The notes under the pieces: generated by a model | Seen by the model: only the letters and a program-made list of their open reading frames with translations | What the model was told of the DNA's origin: nothing | The model's database searches: none | Program-made: the position numbers and the translations under genes | In this document: positions 27,779 through 40,100 of the stretch, piece after piece | Position numbering within the stretch: position 1 is the stretch's first letter | How the letters are laid out: every line of letters begins with the position of its first letter | NCBI GenBank assembly: GCA_037447605.1 | Contig: CM074806.1 | Span: forward strand, 744,001 to 808,000 | Length of the DNA: 64,000 nt | Direction: 5' to 3' | Origin: Zygnema circumcarinatum SAG 698-1b | Taxonomy: Eukaryota; Plantae; Zygnematophyceae

Positions 27779-30700
27779 TTTCTTTCTTTCTTCCTTTTCT
27801 TTCTTTCTTCCTTTCTTCCTTCCTTTCTTTCTTTCTTTCTTTCTTCATTTATTTCGTTCTTTCTTTCTTTCTTTCTATCTGCCATTTTCAAGGCGAGAGT
27901 CGAACAGCAGAACGTACCCGGAAGTGTATAAACTCATTCCGCTGACGTCACTTCCGACCTCCGACATCAAATCGTCCGCCATTTCCTGCCCCAAAGAATT
28001 TCCCTCCTCGACTTTTGCCGCCAATGCACGCCGTCTCTCTCGGACGGCGCGAAACCGAGTCAAATACGAGCCCACCTTTTCCGTTGCTTCTTGAATCTGT
28101 GCGAGCTGGAAACCCACAGCCCCAACCTCACATGTCTGTTACTCACTGCTCCGGAAAAAACAGTCTACAATCGGGGGAGCACATTGTCAAAGAAAACCAA
28201 CCTTTTTCAAGATAGCACTTAAAGCTTACACTCTTACGCCTTCCTAAAGAATAATAAACAGCACCCAAAAACGATCATTTACATCCTCTCTTTATCTCCC
28301 TCTCCCTCTCCCTCTCCCTCTCCCTCTCCCTCTCCCTCTCCCTCTCCCTCTCCCTCTCCCACTCCCACTCTCCCCTACCTGCGTCCTCGCTGCCTCCAAA
28401 GCAGCAGGCGCCGCAACTCTCTCCACCAGGTCTCCTCTCCCTCTCGCGTCCGCCACTCTCACAGCCTCCAGCCACTCCCCTGCCTCCACGTGGAGCCCCA
28501 CCCCTCCTTCCACGTCTCCCAAATACTCCACGGCCACTCTCGCCGCCTCTCCCGGCCTCCCCATGGCGGCGAGCTCCTCCCTCACCTCTCCCGCCATCTC
28601 TCTCGCTGCCTCTCCCGCCATTCCCAACCTTCCGGCTACCACGAACGCACTCTGCCAGTGACCTCCCGTCTTGTAAGCCGCAAGGGCCCTTTGCAGGAGT
28701 CTAGTTTGACCTAATTTATCGGCTCGAGCTCCGGCGCAGTATGCAGCGGCAGCATCTTCAAATCTCTCTTCTTTGAACAAATGCTCTCCCCACTTCTCCA
28801 TCACTCTTCCTCTCCGTTCTCCTCTCCCCTCCATCACTTCGGCTGCTACTGGAAACAGCCATGGATGACTTTCTAGAAACTCCATGAAGACTGGAAAGTG
28901 GTCCGATCCTGCCTCCGCAATGTTCCGAAGAGCACTCTCCCATCTCCCGAGTCTCCGATCTATGGCTGCCTGCATGAGAGGTTTGGGCATCCTCTCGAGT
29001 TGTTCCAAAATGGGAACAATTTCTTGAGGGTCCATTTGTGCGCATGATGCTACCATGGCTGCTAAGGGGAGGTCATAGAGTCCCAGGGCAACGTTAAAGA
29101 CTTTTTCCGGTTCTGCGAGCCACATGAGATGTCTGAGAGAGCTCTCAGCACTCACTCCCCCTTTATTCTCTTCTAGAGATAAGTCATGCTGCTTCACAGT
29201 TGTAGTTTCCCCATTGTCAAAGAGAGAAATGTCTCCTTTCTCCGCCCTCAACTCCACATCTCTCGCCAATTTCACTCTGAGCAGCGCATCATCGAGGAGT
29301 GGAGGTTCGCTTTTAGCCAAAGTTGTGAGTATGCACTTTTCTCTCTCCAAGGATGGTAGTCTCTCCCTCTCTAATGCCACTCGTATCGAAGCACAAACCC
29401 CCTCCACCTTTTTTGAGTCGTTCTCCGTTTCCCTCTCGTCACCATTAGCACATTCTAGGCTTCGTCCTTTACCTTCCTCCTCCTCGTCCTTCTCTACTTC
29501 CCCTACAAATGCCGGCAACATGCCTTTATATGCTCCCTCTGTAATATCGATGCTAGTCAAACCGCACACAAGATCAGATATATGCGAAAGATTCTTCACT
29601 TGACGAACAAAGAGTTTTGCATTTTTGGCAAAATGTCGCCAGCCTCCATAGTCAATCACAACATTTGGGTCTATTCGATGTCGCCGTACGAGCTTCATAG
29701 CCTCCCCATAGTCTAATCTTTGGAGATAGCGAGCAAGGGCTGCAAGCACCAATGTACGCGGATAAATCGTCTCTAAATTTCCCCTCGTGGTTTGCAAGAC
29801 TACCCCCACATTTCGCTCCCCTAAAGCAGCCACAAGTTTTGCCCTTTTCTCCCACAAGGGCTGTTCCTCCAGCCCACTGCCTTTTAGGGTTTTGGAGGTC
29901 TTCAGGGGTTTAGCCTCGTTTCCAGAGACCCTTGAAAGGTCTTCTTCATACTTTTCCAGTGTGAATGCTTCAAGTCTTTTGTGCAAGGGCATGACCCATA
30001 GCTTGTTCCCAACAGTTGTATATGCGACATGATGGACAGTTTCAGTCATAGTTTCACTGATATCTGAGTCTAAAGCAGCCATAGAATGGACTGTGAAACT
30101 TGTACAATCTCGAACTATCAATTTACCGTCGATGTGAAGCCCTCCCTGTTCTGATAGCCCCACCACTCTCCTCTCAGTAATTCCTTCAATCGCAAAATTA
30201 GAGCGAACTGACAGCCATGGACATGGCTGAGGGAAGCAAGCAACTGGGTCTCTGCTTAGGCTCATAGAGGGAGAGGGAGAGGGGGAGGGAGAGGGGGAGG
30301 GAGAAGCAGCCATGGCTGCGCCCTCCTCTGCTCCATATCGCACTACTTCCCCAGAAAAAAAGTGAACCAGTGCCCCCCCAATATCAGAGTTCCCCTGCTC
30401 CTGCCACTTATCGGTTCTATGAGTTTTCTCTGCTTTGAAGTCCCCAACGATCCGTAAAACGCTCCCTGTAACATCCGTTAACTTCACTACATGGAGCCTG
30501 TGCCCTGCTCTCCCATCAACATCGCTCCAACTGACTCTCAACTCCACAAGAACATCTTCCCCTCCTTCGGTATCCACTCGCTTTCCGACCAATAGGAGAG
30601 ATTCACAGCTCAGCCACGTCAGTTGGCGCACACTGGTTGGATCAAAACCCAACCTTGCTCCCTCATTTTCCTCCAAAAAAATGCTTTTTACAAGCGCACA

Positions 30701-33349
30701 CTCCTCGCCCTCCGCAGTCACAGCTAATCCTAAAATCCCCTCCACGGCTCCTTCATCCCCCCACCCATCTCTCTCTCTACAGCTTACCAAACCGAACCCC
30801 CCGTTGGATAACACTGCCGCCAAGACCTCTTTCTCTTGCCTCTCCTCCCTCACATTCGTTCCCTCCTGCAATCCCTCCCTCTCAGCCTTTCCTCCTACTG
30901 TAATTGCAATCATCGCTACTGCCTTTACAGGAGCTTCGAACCTCACTATACAGGCAGCCATGGGAGGGGGAATCAGACTCCTTAGCAGTGGAGAAATACG
31001 GACACCTGCTCCGTCGATTACAGCGGCAGTGCTTCTCCATGTCACAGCTGTCTCCCATACTAAGTGGACAGTCCGTATAGTTCCATCACAAGTCCATAGC
31101 AGGAGGTGTAGGGACTTCTCGGGGTGCCATATTATATGCACGGAGTTCTTTGAATTATAGGGATTGAATCTCCACTCCGCTTTCAAGTACCAATGGTAAT
31201 TGCAGCGGTGCCAGATCTGCATAGATCAGAAAAAAATTCAGAAAAATCAGGATTGAGTGGTCAAATTCGATGCCATTAATGCAAGTTGCTGACGTAGTAG
31301 CCTCTCAGCACATATTTAACGTGCGTTAACGTAAACATTCAGTGTTACCCAGTCCCTTTCCACATATCCTCAGCCCACCTGCACAGCCTGCCACTTCCTG
31401 CAGCGCAGGACAACCCCAAGAAGCCCCGAATCCGAATTCCATTCCATCTGCACAACTTCTTCGTCTTCTTCTCCGACCGTTGGTAATGCAAACTCCCCTC
31501 TCTTCATCCCATTCCTCTCGTACAGAAGCACCTTCAGGGGACCATTCCGGCCCTGGCCATGGCTCCGCTCTGCCGCTGCAAGCACCGCCCCTGAAGGCTG
31601 CCATGAAAGGGCGGAGAAGAGGGAGAACGTTCCCTCAGCGGAGGAGTGCAGCACAGCTCCCTCCCTCTCCCATATTTGAACCTTTGCCTCCCCGTTTCCC
31701 CCAGGACTAAGTGTTGCAAAGAACTTCGCGTCTCCTCGCCAACTGATTCGCACGTCTTCATGACTGCAGCACTGAATCAACATGTGGAACAAAGAGTGCA
31801 AAACTTCAGCCATTTCTTTTTCACGTCACCATGGACTCGAACCAGAAAACCACCAAACACTAAAATTCACCTATGCTTCACCTCCTCACAGTCACAGCCT
31901 CCCACCTTCTCTCCTGCAGAAGCCGCTCTCTCCTCCGGAGCTATCTCCACCTCCGCCAAAACCTCCCAGTCTGCAGTCATGAGCAGCAGCTTTCCCTCTC
32001 CCGTTACGAGCGCTACGATTTCGCCATCGGGTGAAGCAGCCATGGCTGCCAAGCCTCCCTGCACCGTTCCCACTGACGAAACCTCTCGAGAGTTCACACT
32101 CAACAGAAGAAGCTCCCCCTCCGCCATGGCTATGAGCACGCCCTCATGCTCCAGAAGGTACTCCATGGCCACCACATGCTGCGGCCATGGCAGCACTCCC
32201 TGCTCGACGAGGGAGAGCTCCAGAAACACCTGCACAGAAGAAAAAAGTGGCATGGTTTCAGTTTTAGGGCGTCTAGGGTTGCAGCGATTAAGTGAAACCT
32301 AGAAGTGAAGCGTCCTTAGGCCGTAGGATTAGGGTTGAGTTTTTATTTTGGATTAGGTGAAGGGTGTGCAGGCAAAATCAAAGTTCAAAACCCCAAAAAC
32401 TAAGCCTTTATAGAGAAATGTCATGCACAGACACTAAGTTTTAGGCAAACAAAAGGGTCCAAGAGCAACTATCTCGATATAATAAGTAAAGTAGCACATC
32501 ATTAGGTCATGGAAAAACCTTTAACGACCTTAACGAATAGTCTTATCGGACTTCTGACACCTACAAACCTCAAGACCCTAGAATCTTGAAAACCCGAAAC
32601 CCGCAACAAACTGCTTAAAGTTGAGAATGTGCAAGTGCATAAAAGACTTTGCAACAGGCGACGCTTCTTCTGACTTGGATTGCTGACTTTAACTCTGACA
32701 CTTGAAGACTTTCTACGTTCTAAAATCAGGATTTGTTTTTTTTCCTTTTGCGAATGCATAGCAACAGTATCGGCGGCTGCACACATGATTCCTCTGTGGT
32801 TATGTTTCGATCTGTAGAATTCAGAATTTTGAAAATTAATTTAGTTGAAATTTTCAGGGTCCTTGAGGGTTCACAAATAGGCCCACAATACATACATATA
32901 CTAGATTTGTAATGCATATATTTTCAACCTTAATGCAAGAAACCTGATGCTTGCTTTTCAAATATAAGGGAAAGGAAAAATCCCTTCCTTCATCAGTTCT
33001 GCTTGAACTCGAAAACTTAAGAATAAGAAGTATAAGGTAAGTATAATATTTAAATAAAATACTAATCCGGTACTGAAATAGAGAGGGAGTACAGAAAAAT
33101 AAAGGTGAATGGTCCTATGGCAAAGACCTCATTGCCGTTAAACTGATGCACGCCGTAAATTACGCACGTGTCCGTCGCCATGTAAACCGCCTCCTCTTCA
33201 GGAACCACTGCCATGGCGACCGCCCTCTCGCAGCCGCTCTCCGCCTCTCCATTCTCGCCATCCTGCTCCGTGAAGCGGATGCTGCTCCCTGGCCTTGGCG
33301 CCAATGGGGCGGCGGTGGAGCGGTCGAGTATGGTGACGAGGTTGTTCAT
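26836..33349 (-). CDS. ELP1: Elongator complex subunit 1 (ELP1/IKI3/ELO2)
   Basis: Exons give MNNLVTILDRS..., AMAASPDGEIVALVTGEGKLLLMTADWEVL, ISWRGDAKFFATL, LSWQPSGAVLA, YERNGMKRGEF, VQ|IWHRCNYHWYLK, VVLQTTRGNLETIYPRTLVL, LVRRHRIDPN, ALGLYDLPLA, QMDPQE, SDVSGMSLYT and GRVRAGS|PGEEKALVEHI. Stop at 26836. Confidence 0.95.
27605..27880. repeat. (TTTC)n/(TTCC)n microsatellite in an ELP1 intron
   Basis: Direct inspection. Confidence 0.95.
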
Positions 33350-33587
33350 GGCGGATAGACCAAGGGCACATAGGAACTGCGTCCTGCGCTGGAAGAGAGC
33401 GGGAGTGGGATGGAGGGAGGGAAGGAGGGAGACGGAGAGGGTGAGGAAGAGGGAGGGATTGTGATTTGTGAGAGGCGCAGTGTGACAGCGTTCAAAATTT
33501 CCCCGCTGGGCCCTGTTGCTGAACTGTACCCTGCCGTACGGTATAACCCTAAAGAACTGATCCCTCCCTCGGCTAGCTACAGCGCAG

Positions 33588-33754
33588 GGTAGAGGCGGGT
33601 AGGGACTCCCGCCATGGCGGAAGCCCTAGGGCGGGGGCTGCCCGCGACTACCTCACAGGGGTGGGCATGGACCGCATCCAACAGCACGAGATGGAGCTGG
33701 GCGCATGCCTACCTCTATCGGAGTCTCAATCAGGTTCTGGCGTCCGCGTCTACG
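33588..33754 (+). pseudogene. Frameshifted single-exon fragment of a SufS/NFS2-type cysteine desulfurase
   Basis: After a cag acceptor at 33585-33587, the frames piece together VEAG[fs]TPAMAEALG[fs]AARDYLTGVGMDRIQQHEMELGA[fs]YLYRSLNQV[fs]GVRVY. This matches the SufS/NFS2 motif [44 protein letters not shown]...DVRIYG. I recognised no other SufS exons in the window. Confidence 0.75.
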
Positions 33755-34173
33755 AGTGCATGCGCTCCATTCTCCGTTGTGCGTTAAGAAATTTACATTT
33801 TGCATTCCGAAGGAAAACGCAGAATGAAATGCATTGTGCAGACTACAGAGTACAGAGGGCTCAAACGCGGGATGTGGACATGACACTTCATTGCCGAGTG
33901 GCGGCAGACCTTGTGCTCAATTGGTTGCGACGCGGCAACGGTGATACATCTTGCTCCCATGCTTTGCACGTCAGATAATTTAAAATCTCAAGAGATGGTA
34001 CTTTAAAGGATTTACCAGCGATGCCAAGAACGCAAATTATGATAAATAAACATCAGCGCTACTCGACTGACAGATAGCAGCTCGCATACTCAAATGGCCA
34101 TGCTTGCTTGTAACGTATTCCCTCCCTCCCCAGCCCTTGCCCCGTTCCACCGTCCACAGAGTTGGTTGATTTC

Positions 34174-37100
34174 TCAGTAGTAGCGCATCCAGCCCGGCAG
34201 GCCCCGCGGGACGATTTCCGGCACGTCTTCGGCGAGGCGCTTCCAGAGGTAGAGGCGGGGCAGGCCCTGGTAGAGGAGGCGGCCCAGCGTCTGCGCGTGG
34301 AAGGGCATGGCCCACCGCAGGCACCGCAGGAACCGCACGCGCTGCGGATGCCGCTCGAGGCTCACCATGATGAACGGCAGCAGCTGCACACAGGCACAGG
34401 CACGGGCTGGGATGAGAGCATGCCATACTATGCATGGCAAACAAGCGCCTGCTTTGGGTGGAACGAGAGAGCGCATGGCTTTCCGGATTCAAGCAGTAGA
34501 ATAGGGAAATGAAGAGTAAGGCCAGTCTGTATGGTGGAAGTAGGATGATGTCCAGTGTCCAGTGTGGGTCCTGGTTGTTGGCAGGATAAGCGGATGGGGT
34601 GTTTACTCCATCCTCAAACTTGTGCAGGTTGCAGTGTGCCAGACAAATTTTATGGAGCTCGGAATGCTTGTCAGTAGCTGCATGTAGCCGTATGACGAGA
34701 AACGCCCCCCAATCACTTTTCACCAGAAAAGAGCTTGAACGAGTAACTTGCATCATCATAATTCTCCCCGGTTGTTGGAATAGCAGATTCCCAACAGGAG
34801 ACAACGGCTTACCTCTGCCCATAACGCCATTGGTGTGGTCTCCCAAATGCGTCGCGTCGACTCTTTATGGATTCGAATGGGGATAAACTTTCTGCCAATG
34901 TGGTTCAAGTGATCCTCCTCCCTCCGTAGATGCCCTCTCAGATCATCCACAAAGGCCGTAACAGCCGCCTGCAATGGCACTCTTCACACCCGTGTATCAA
35001 TAAGAAACCCATATTCCAGTTCACCTCCATGTCCAACATAATCACTGCTATATCAGCTGCAATGTAAAAATCTCTGGGATTTCTTCTTCCAAAGCAAAGT
35101 GCAGCCTTGGACAAGATACACAATGCCTAATTCCTCTTTAATCCCACAGTTCGGCACAAACCTGCACAGATGCAGCAGCTGCAGCCTTCTGCTCACCCCC
35201 TTTAGCACTCGTGAAAGCTTGAATGGATGAAGTCACTGCAGTTGCCACCTCGTCACCGTGCATGTGCTCTTCGTGTGCGAACGCCGTAGCGCCCGGGAAG
35301 TAACTGTCAAAGAGCGGATACTGCGCAGCTTCTTCATGCTTTGAATGCTCTCCAAGTAACAGCATGATCTTGCTGAATTGCGTCTCAACCGCCCTGGAGA
35401 GAAGGGGAAAACCACCAAGGTATGGTGTAAGGCCGCAAGATGACGTCCAATTAATGAAAAAGAATCAGCATGAACAAACGTATGAGCCGTTAGACCAGCC
35501 ACTGACGACCGCTATCACTTGCAGTTGTGATGTTCAATGGAAGATTGAATCAGAATCCTCGAAGCAAGCCCCATATTAGGAGCAAAGATTGAAACCATTG
35601 CGTACAGACCCATTGCAGTTTAAGGACAGAAAATAACCGTCAATATTATTTGGGAGACTAAGGTAGGTGAGTGTTCATTTGGGCAGGCTAAAGAAGAAAC
35701 GAAGTGACATACAAATAGAACAACTCAGACAGGACGGGGATTATACAGCAACTGGTAAATCGACTGAGCAAGAAGAAATTTACAAAAGGCGAGAACACTT
35801 GCCTTAAATTAGGTCCACTTGGGGCTTCCACAAGGTTTTGGCACTGCTTTTGCAGCTTACCCATTGCTCCTCGAAGGGCCTCGTGGATAAGCTGAAAGAC
35901 ACGCACATGAAACGGCAAACAGTGGCATTGATACACTTAAAAGTTGTGATGGGAAGCCTTTGGTTTAAATGCTTTCTCCACAGGAATGCTCCCACTGATG
36001 CATTAACCTCACCTTCACGAATGTTATGGGGCCCCATTTGTCTTCCGGCACAAACACTTTGTAATTGACGAGCAAGCTTAGAGTCTGCATGGTCGCGATG
36101 AAGGCTGCCCAATTTACTGCGACCATTGCTGCATACATCAGAGCCTGGAGGCAAACACAGAAGGGACTCCGGTTAGCGCTGCTGATAACCTTCCATGTGC
36201 AGGGGCATTAAGCTGCAATCTTTCCGGCTGCCTAGGCAACTGAGCTATGGGTAGGATCCCATCATGCAGGAGGAAAGCGTGCAATTAAATGGCAGTCTGC
36301 TGTTCTCACCTTCGTCGAGCTGCTGTTGATGAACTGATGGTAGAATTGGGAGATGAAGGCGACAGTGGCAAGAGGGAATACGTAACCCCATGAATACATA
36401 TCAAACCGAGTCTGGACATTGCAAGAGGACATGACATGTTAACAGACATTGAAGAAACCAGTGTCCCACAAGGAAGGAAAGTGAAGGATTTCGCAAGCAA
36501 GAGATTCAACAGAGGGCCGACTTCAGTTGTCCTGACGGAGGACAAATCTTGCAGCTAATTTTCTGATGCATTGAAGAGCCGATTGATTCTTTGTTCAAGT
36601 TGTGCCTCCCGCAAGGAGCCCAACCAGAAAACATGAGTTCTCTGATATTGAGATAAGGGAATGCGACTCATACTGCCCAGAAGTAGCTCTGCAGGCCGAG
36701 CGAGAGCATCACAAGAACGAAGCCCCATGTGCAGTAGAAGCAGAAGCGGCTGAAGTTATCAAATCCCGCAAATGCAAGTGTGCTGCCGTCGGGTGAAACA
36801 GATGCTTGAGTGAGGGCCATCCAGCTCAAGCCCGCCATGGCAGGGGCTGCCACGTAAAGGAATATTGCAGAGCGGAGCTTGTCTTGGGGCTTCTCCTCTG
36901 CAGGGGATAACGCAGAGAAAGTACTTCATATCTCGAGATCATACAAGATCATACTCAAAAACATCCCACACGAAGTCAATAGACAGAAGTCGTAACAATG
37001 TTTCTTATCTACTTTAGCAGATACTCGATGACCCTTGAGCCATTTTGAACCCTTACGACTCGATAATGTCGTCGATCTTATGTCAATAGATTGCCCTTAC

Positions 37101-40100
37101 CAGTAACGATGCGGAGAATGTCAATGGCTGCGAGAACAGGCCACATGAACAAAGCTGACGAGAACCAAAGCCAACCCACTTCCTGATACTGAAGGAAATT
37201 GGAGGTGGGTCCGTGAACCCATGGGGCTACAAAGGCGGCGACGAAGTTTCCCAGTAAAGGCATCATCCAGCCACTGTTGACGAACTCGATATAGAGAGGA
37301 TTCTTCACCAGGTAGGAGGTCATAAGGACTGCTTGCAACATCTGAACCGGTGCAGCAATCCACTGCAGTCAAAGAAAGGGCAAGGGTCAGCAAGGGAGCA
37401 ACCCTCTGCTTGAAAGTTTATCTTCTATCTTGTTCAGTTTCAGAAAAGCAGACTGCTAACGAAATAGTATGTCCTGGAGACCTTGAGTAAACGGAATTTA
37501 CTACACAACGACGTATGCCAGACTTGCATCTGTGCAACATGGGAGATGAATTTCTAATTGTTTCGATTGCAGCAGACATGTGTTGAATCAGCAAGAACTC
37601 ACAAATAGGACTTGGCAAAGTCGCCACTTGTCGTCACGTGCAGCAATGTATGCAAAGAGCAAGATGGTAACAGGAATTGTGGAAAAGAAGCTGCGTTTTC
37701 CTGTTCCCCCAAAAACATACAAACTTCGGAACACGGTCAAAACAAGTGTGCCGAATGACTTCCTCACTAAAAGAAAATCGTGGCGAGCGAATGCTAGTGG
37801 TTCGTAGGTGGCCAGCGAGGCTGCCCCTCAATCGCAAGCATGCATCACCTGGATGCTGCCACTCCTTTGCAACTTTTTTGGGATAAAGAGCGGTCCGAAC
37901 AATGTACAGGAGCAAGAATGCTCCGAATATGACTCCTGAAAAAATGGCAACTCCCTTCCAAAGGCCCGAAGGCGTGCCCAGTGCACTGTCTGCTTCTAAC
38001 CTGCTCCCTCCCCACAGAGGTAGACAAAAGGCTCTGAGTAGTGATTCATTTCGGGTAATGCTCGAGAGCTACTATCACTGCTGCTATTGTGAGTTCTGTC
38101 CATACTAACAGAACATGTTCATGTTCATGTTCTGTTCTGTACATAGTTCTGTTCATAGCAACCGCCGTTTGATTAGTTTTGAATAGTGCCACAACTCGGC
38201 AAAAACGCCTCATTAATTAATTGCATTGAACACAACATGTCGTGTTGTAACTATTCTGTATACCAGTTACATTGTATGGCGATTCTTGAAACTTTCTGCG
38301 ATTTGTCTAGAGGATAGAGCAGAATGTAGGATGAACTATTCGATACAAAAAGGTGACTATTGCAAGAGAGGTGGTCCGTCAGTTTGAGACCTTACCACAC
38401 AAGAGCGACACTTGCGAGTGACATTGGCATGGAAAAGTACGTGATCTGCATGTGCCTCACAACTGCGACGCAAAACAGCACACACCCATGCGGGCAGCAT
38501 CAGCTCGCCAGGTCTACAACCGTACAACGGTAGTTGATGAGGAAACCATTGCTTTTTCCTTCACTACAATTGACATCCAATTCCGTGCTCCTTTGAAAAT
38601 GGGGCTTAAATCACAGTCGGCACAGACAAAACCCAAACTCGAGCTCTGCTGACCGTGAAAGTCGTCTCGCGTATATTCGTCAGTTTTTATCTTGTAGTGA
38701 AGAGCGGCCGCTCGCCGCTCCTCTGGAACATTATTTGCGAATTCCACTTCCTGCAGGCACGGCCAAAGCTTCCCCCATAAGTAAGCCACCCCCGGGAGTG
38801 GGAAAAACAAGCTTGCTCTCTTTCATCCAATCATGCATCATTATACACCAACTGTCAGCAAGCCATGTCAAGCCATGCGTCAAATGACCCCCACGAGGTA
38901 TCCAAGGTACGAGTTTACCATGGGCTTCTCGAACTTTGGGTGTGTGTCCGCCCACTCGAGTAAAGTCTTCGCATCCTTAATGGCATCATGTGCTTCGTCC
39001 TTGACTTCGGGAGTGACCAAACCAAACTTAATGAAATATCCAAACATCCAACAGGCTACGCAAAAATCGAGAAATCCCTGCAACGCGGAAGCACCTGCAA
39101 GTGGGGGACAAGAAGGATGTGGTGAATGGGCGGGCTGCCCTGCAGCAGGAGGAGGACAATGATTCATCTCGTAGGTATGCTGTGGTATACGAGTCAGTGC
39201 GACTTGCAGAAATTGCAGCAACGACTTTAGAAGAAACATGACGAAACAAAAAAAACTGAGCACACAGAAATGCAGAGCATCACACTATTCTGGTTTCAGT
39301 TCTGTCGGAGGGGTTGCAGCAAGCATACCGAAAAGCATTGCCAATACTACTGCACCCGCAATGTTTGATTCCAAGAAGAAAAGAATCATTGCCAAAGCCG
39401 AAAAGATAACCCCGCAGAATTGGGCGAACTGCATGCATCAAGCCACCATCGGATTAGACGCAATACTATCACCATGAAACAGATTCCTGGCAGAAATCAC
39501 CGGGTCAATTGCGACAAAGAAACTGAAAGCCTGACAGATGTCCTAATGGCGACCTTGCAGACCCTTCTCCTACGCCACGTGGTGTCCAACTTAAGCTTTT
39601 CAGGTTCAGCAAAACGTGAAAATACTTTTCACCTGCAGTGGCGCTCCATCACTTAGCTTCCGGGGGATGAAGTTTCCAGCGAGTATAGACATAGATCCAA
39701 AAATGGACATGCTGCCACCGAAGCAAAAGCTGCAGTCACAAACAGCAAACACATGAGGAGCAGCTTGTGCGTTTGCTGATTGCAAGGGTACACTGTGCCT
39801 TACTGCCCATCACCACCTGCTTTGTACCATATGTGCTCCATAACGCCCTGAGAAGCTCACAAGAGAGGTCAACAAGAAGGCCTACCGCGCAACAAAGTCA
39901 CCCGCCATGCCTGCGATAATCCAATGCATAGAGCGATGGTTTCTGAAGATGATGCCGAAAACGCACAAGATGGAGACTGCACACGCACGACTTGACCAGC
40001 TTAGCGCTTATTTCACCACAAAAAAATAAAAACGTCCACACGCCGCAGAGTGCATTCGTAAACCTGTGAGCATCCTCCGCCGATGACGCGTCAATTCAGC

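Noticed and set aside
28292-28378. GRGRGR C-terminus on the 976-aa ELP1 ORF
   Set aside because: Read-through into a (CCCTCT)n intron after the donor CAG|gtaggg; ELP1 continues in downstream exons.
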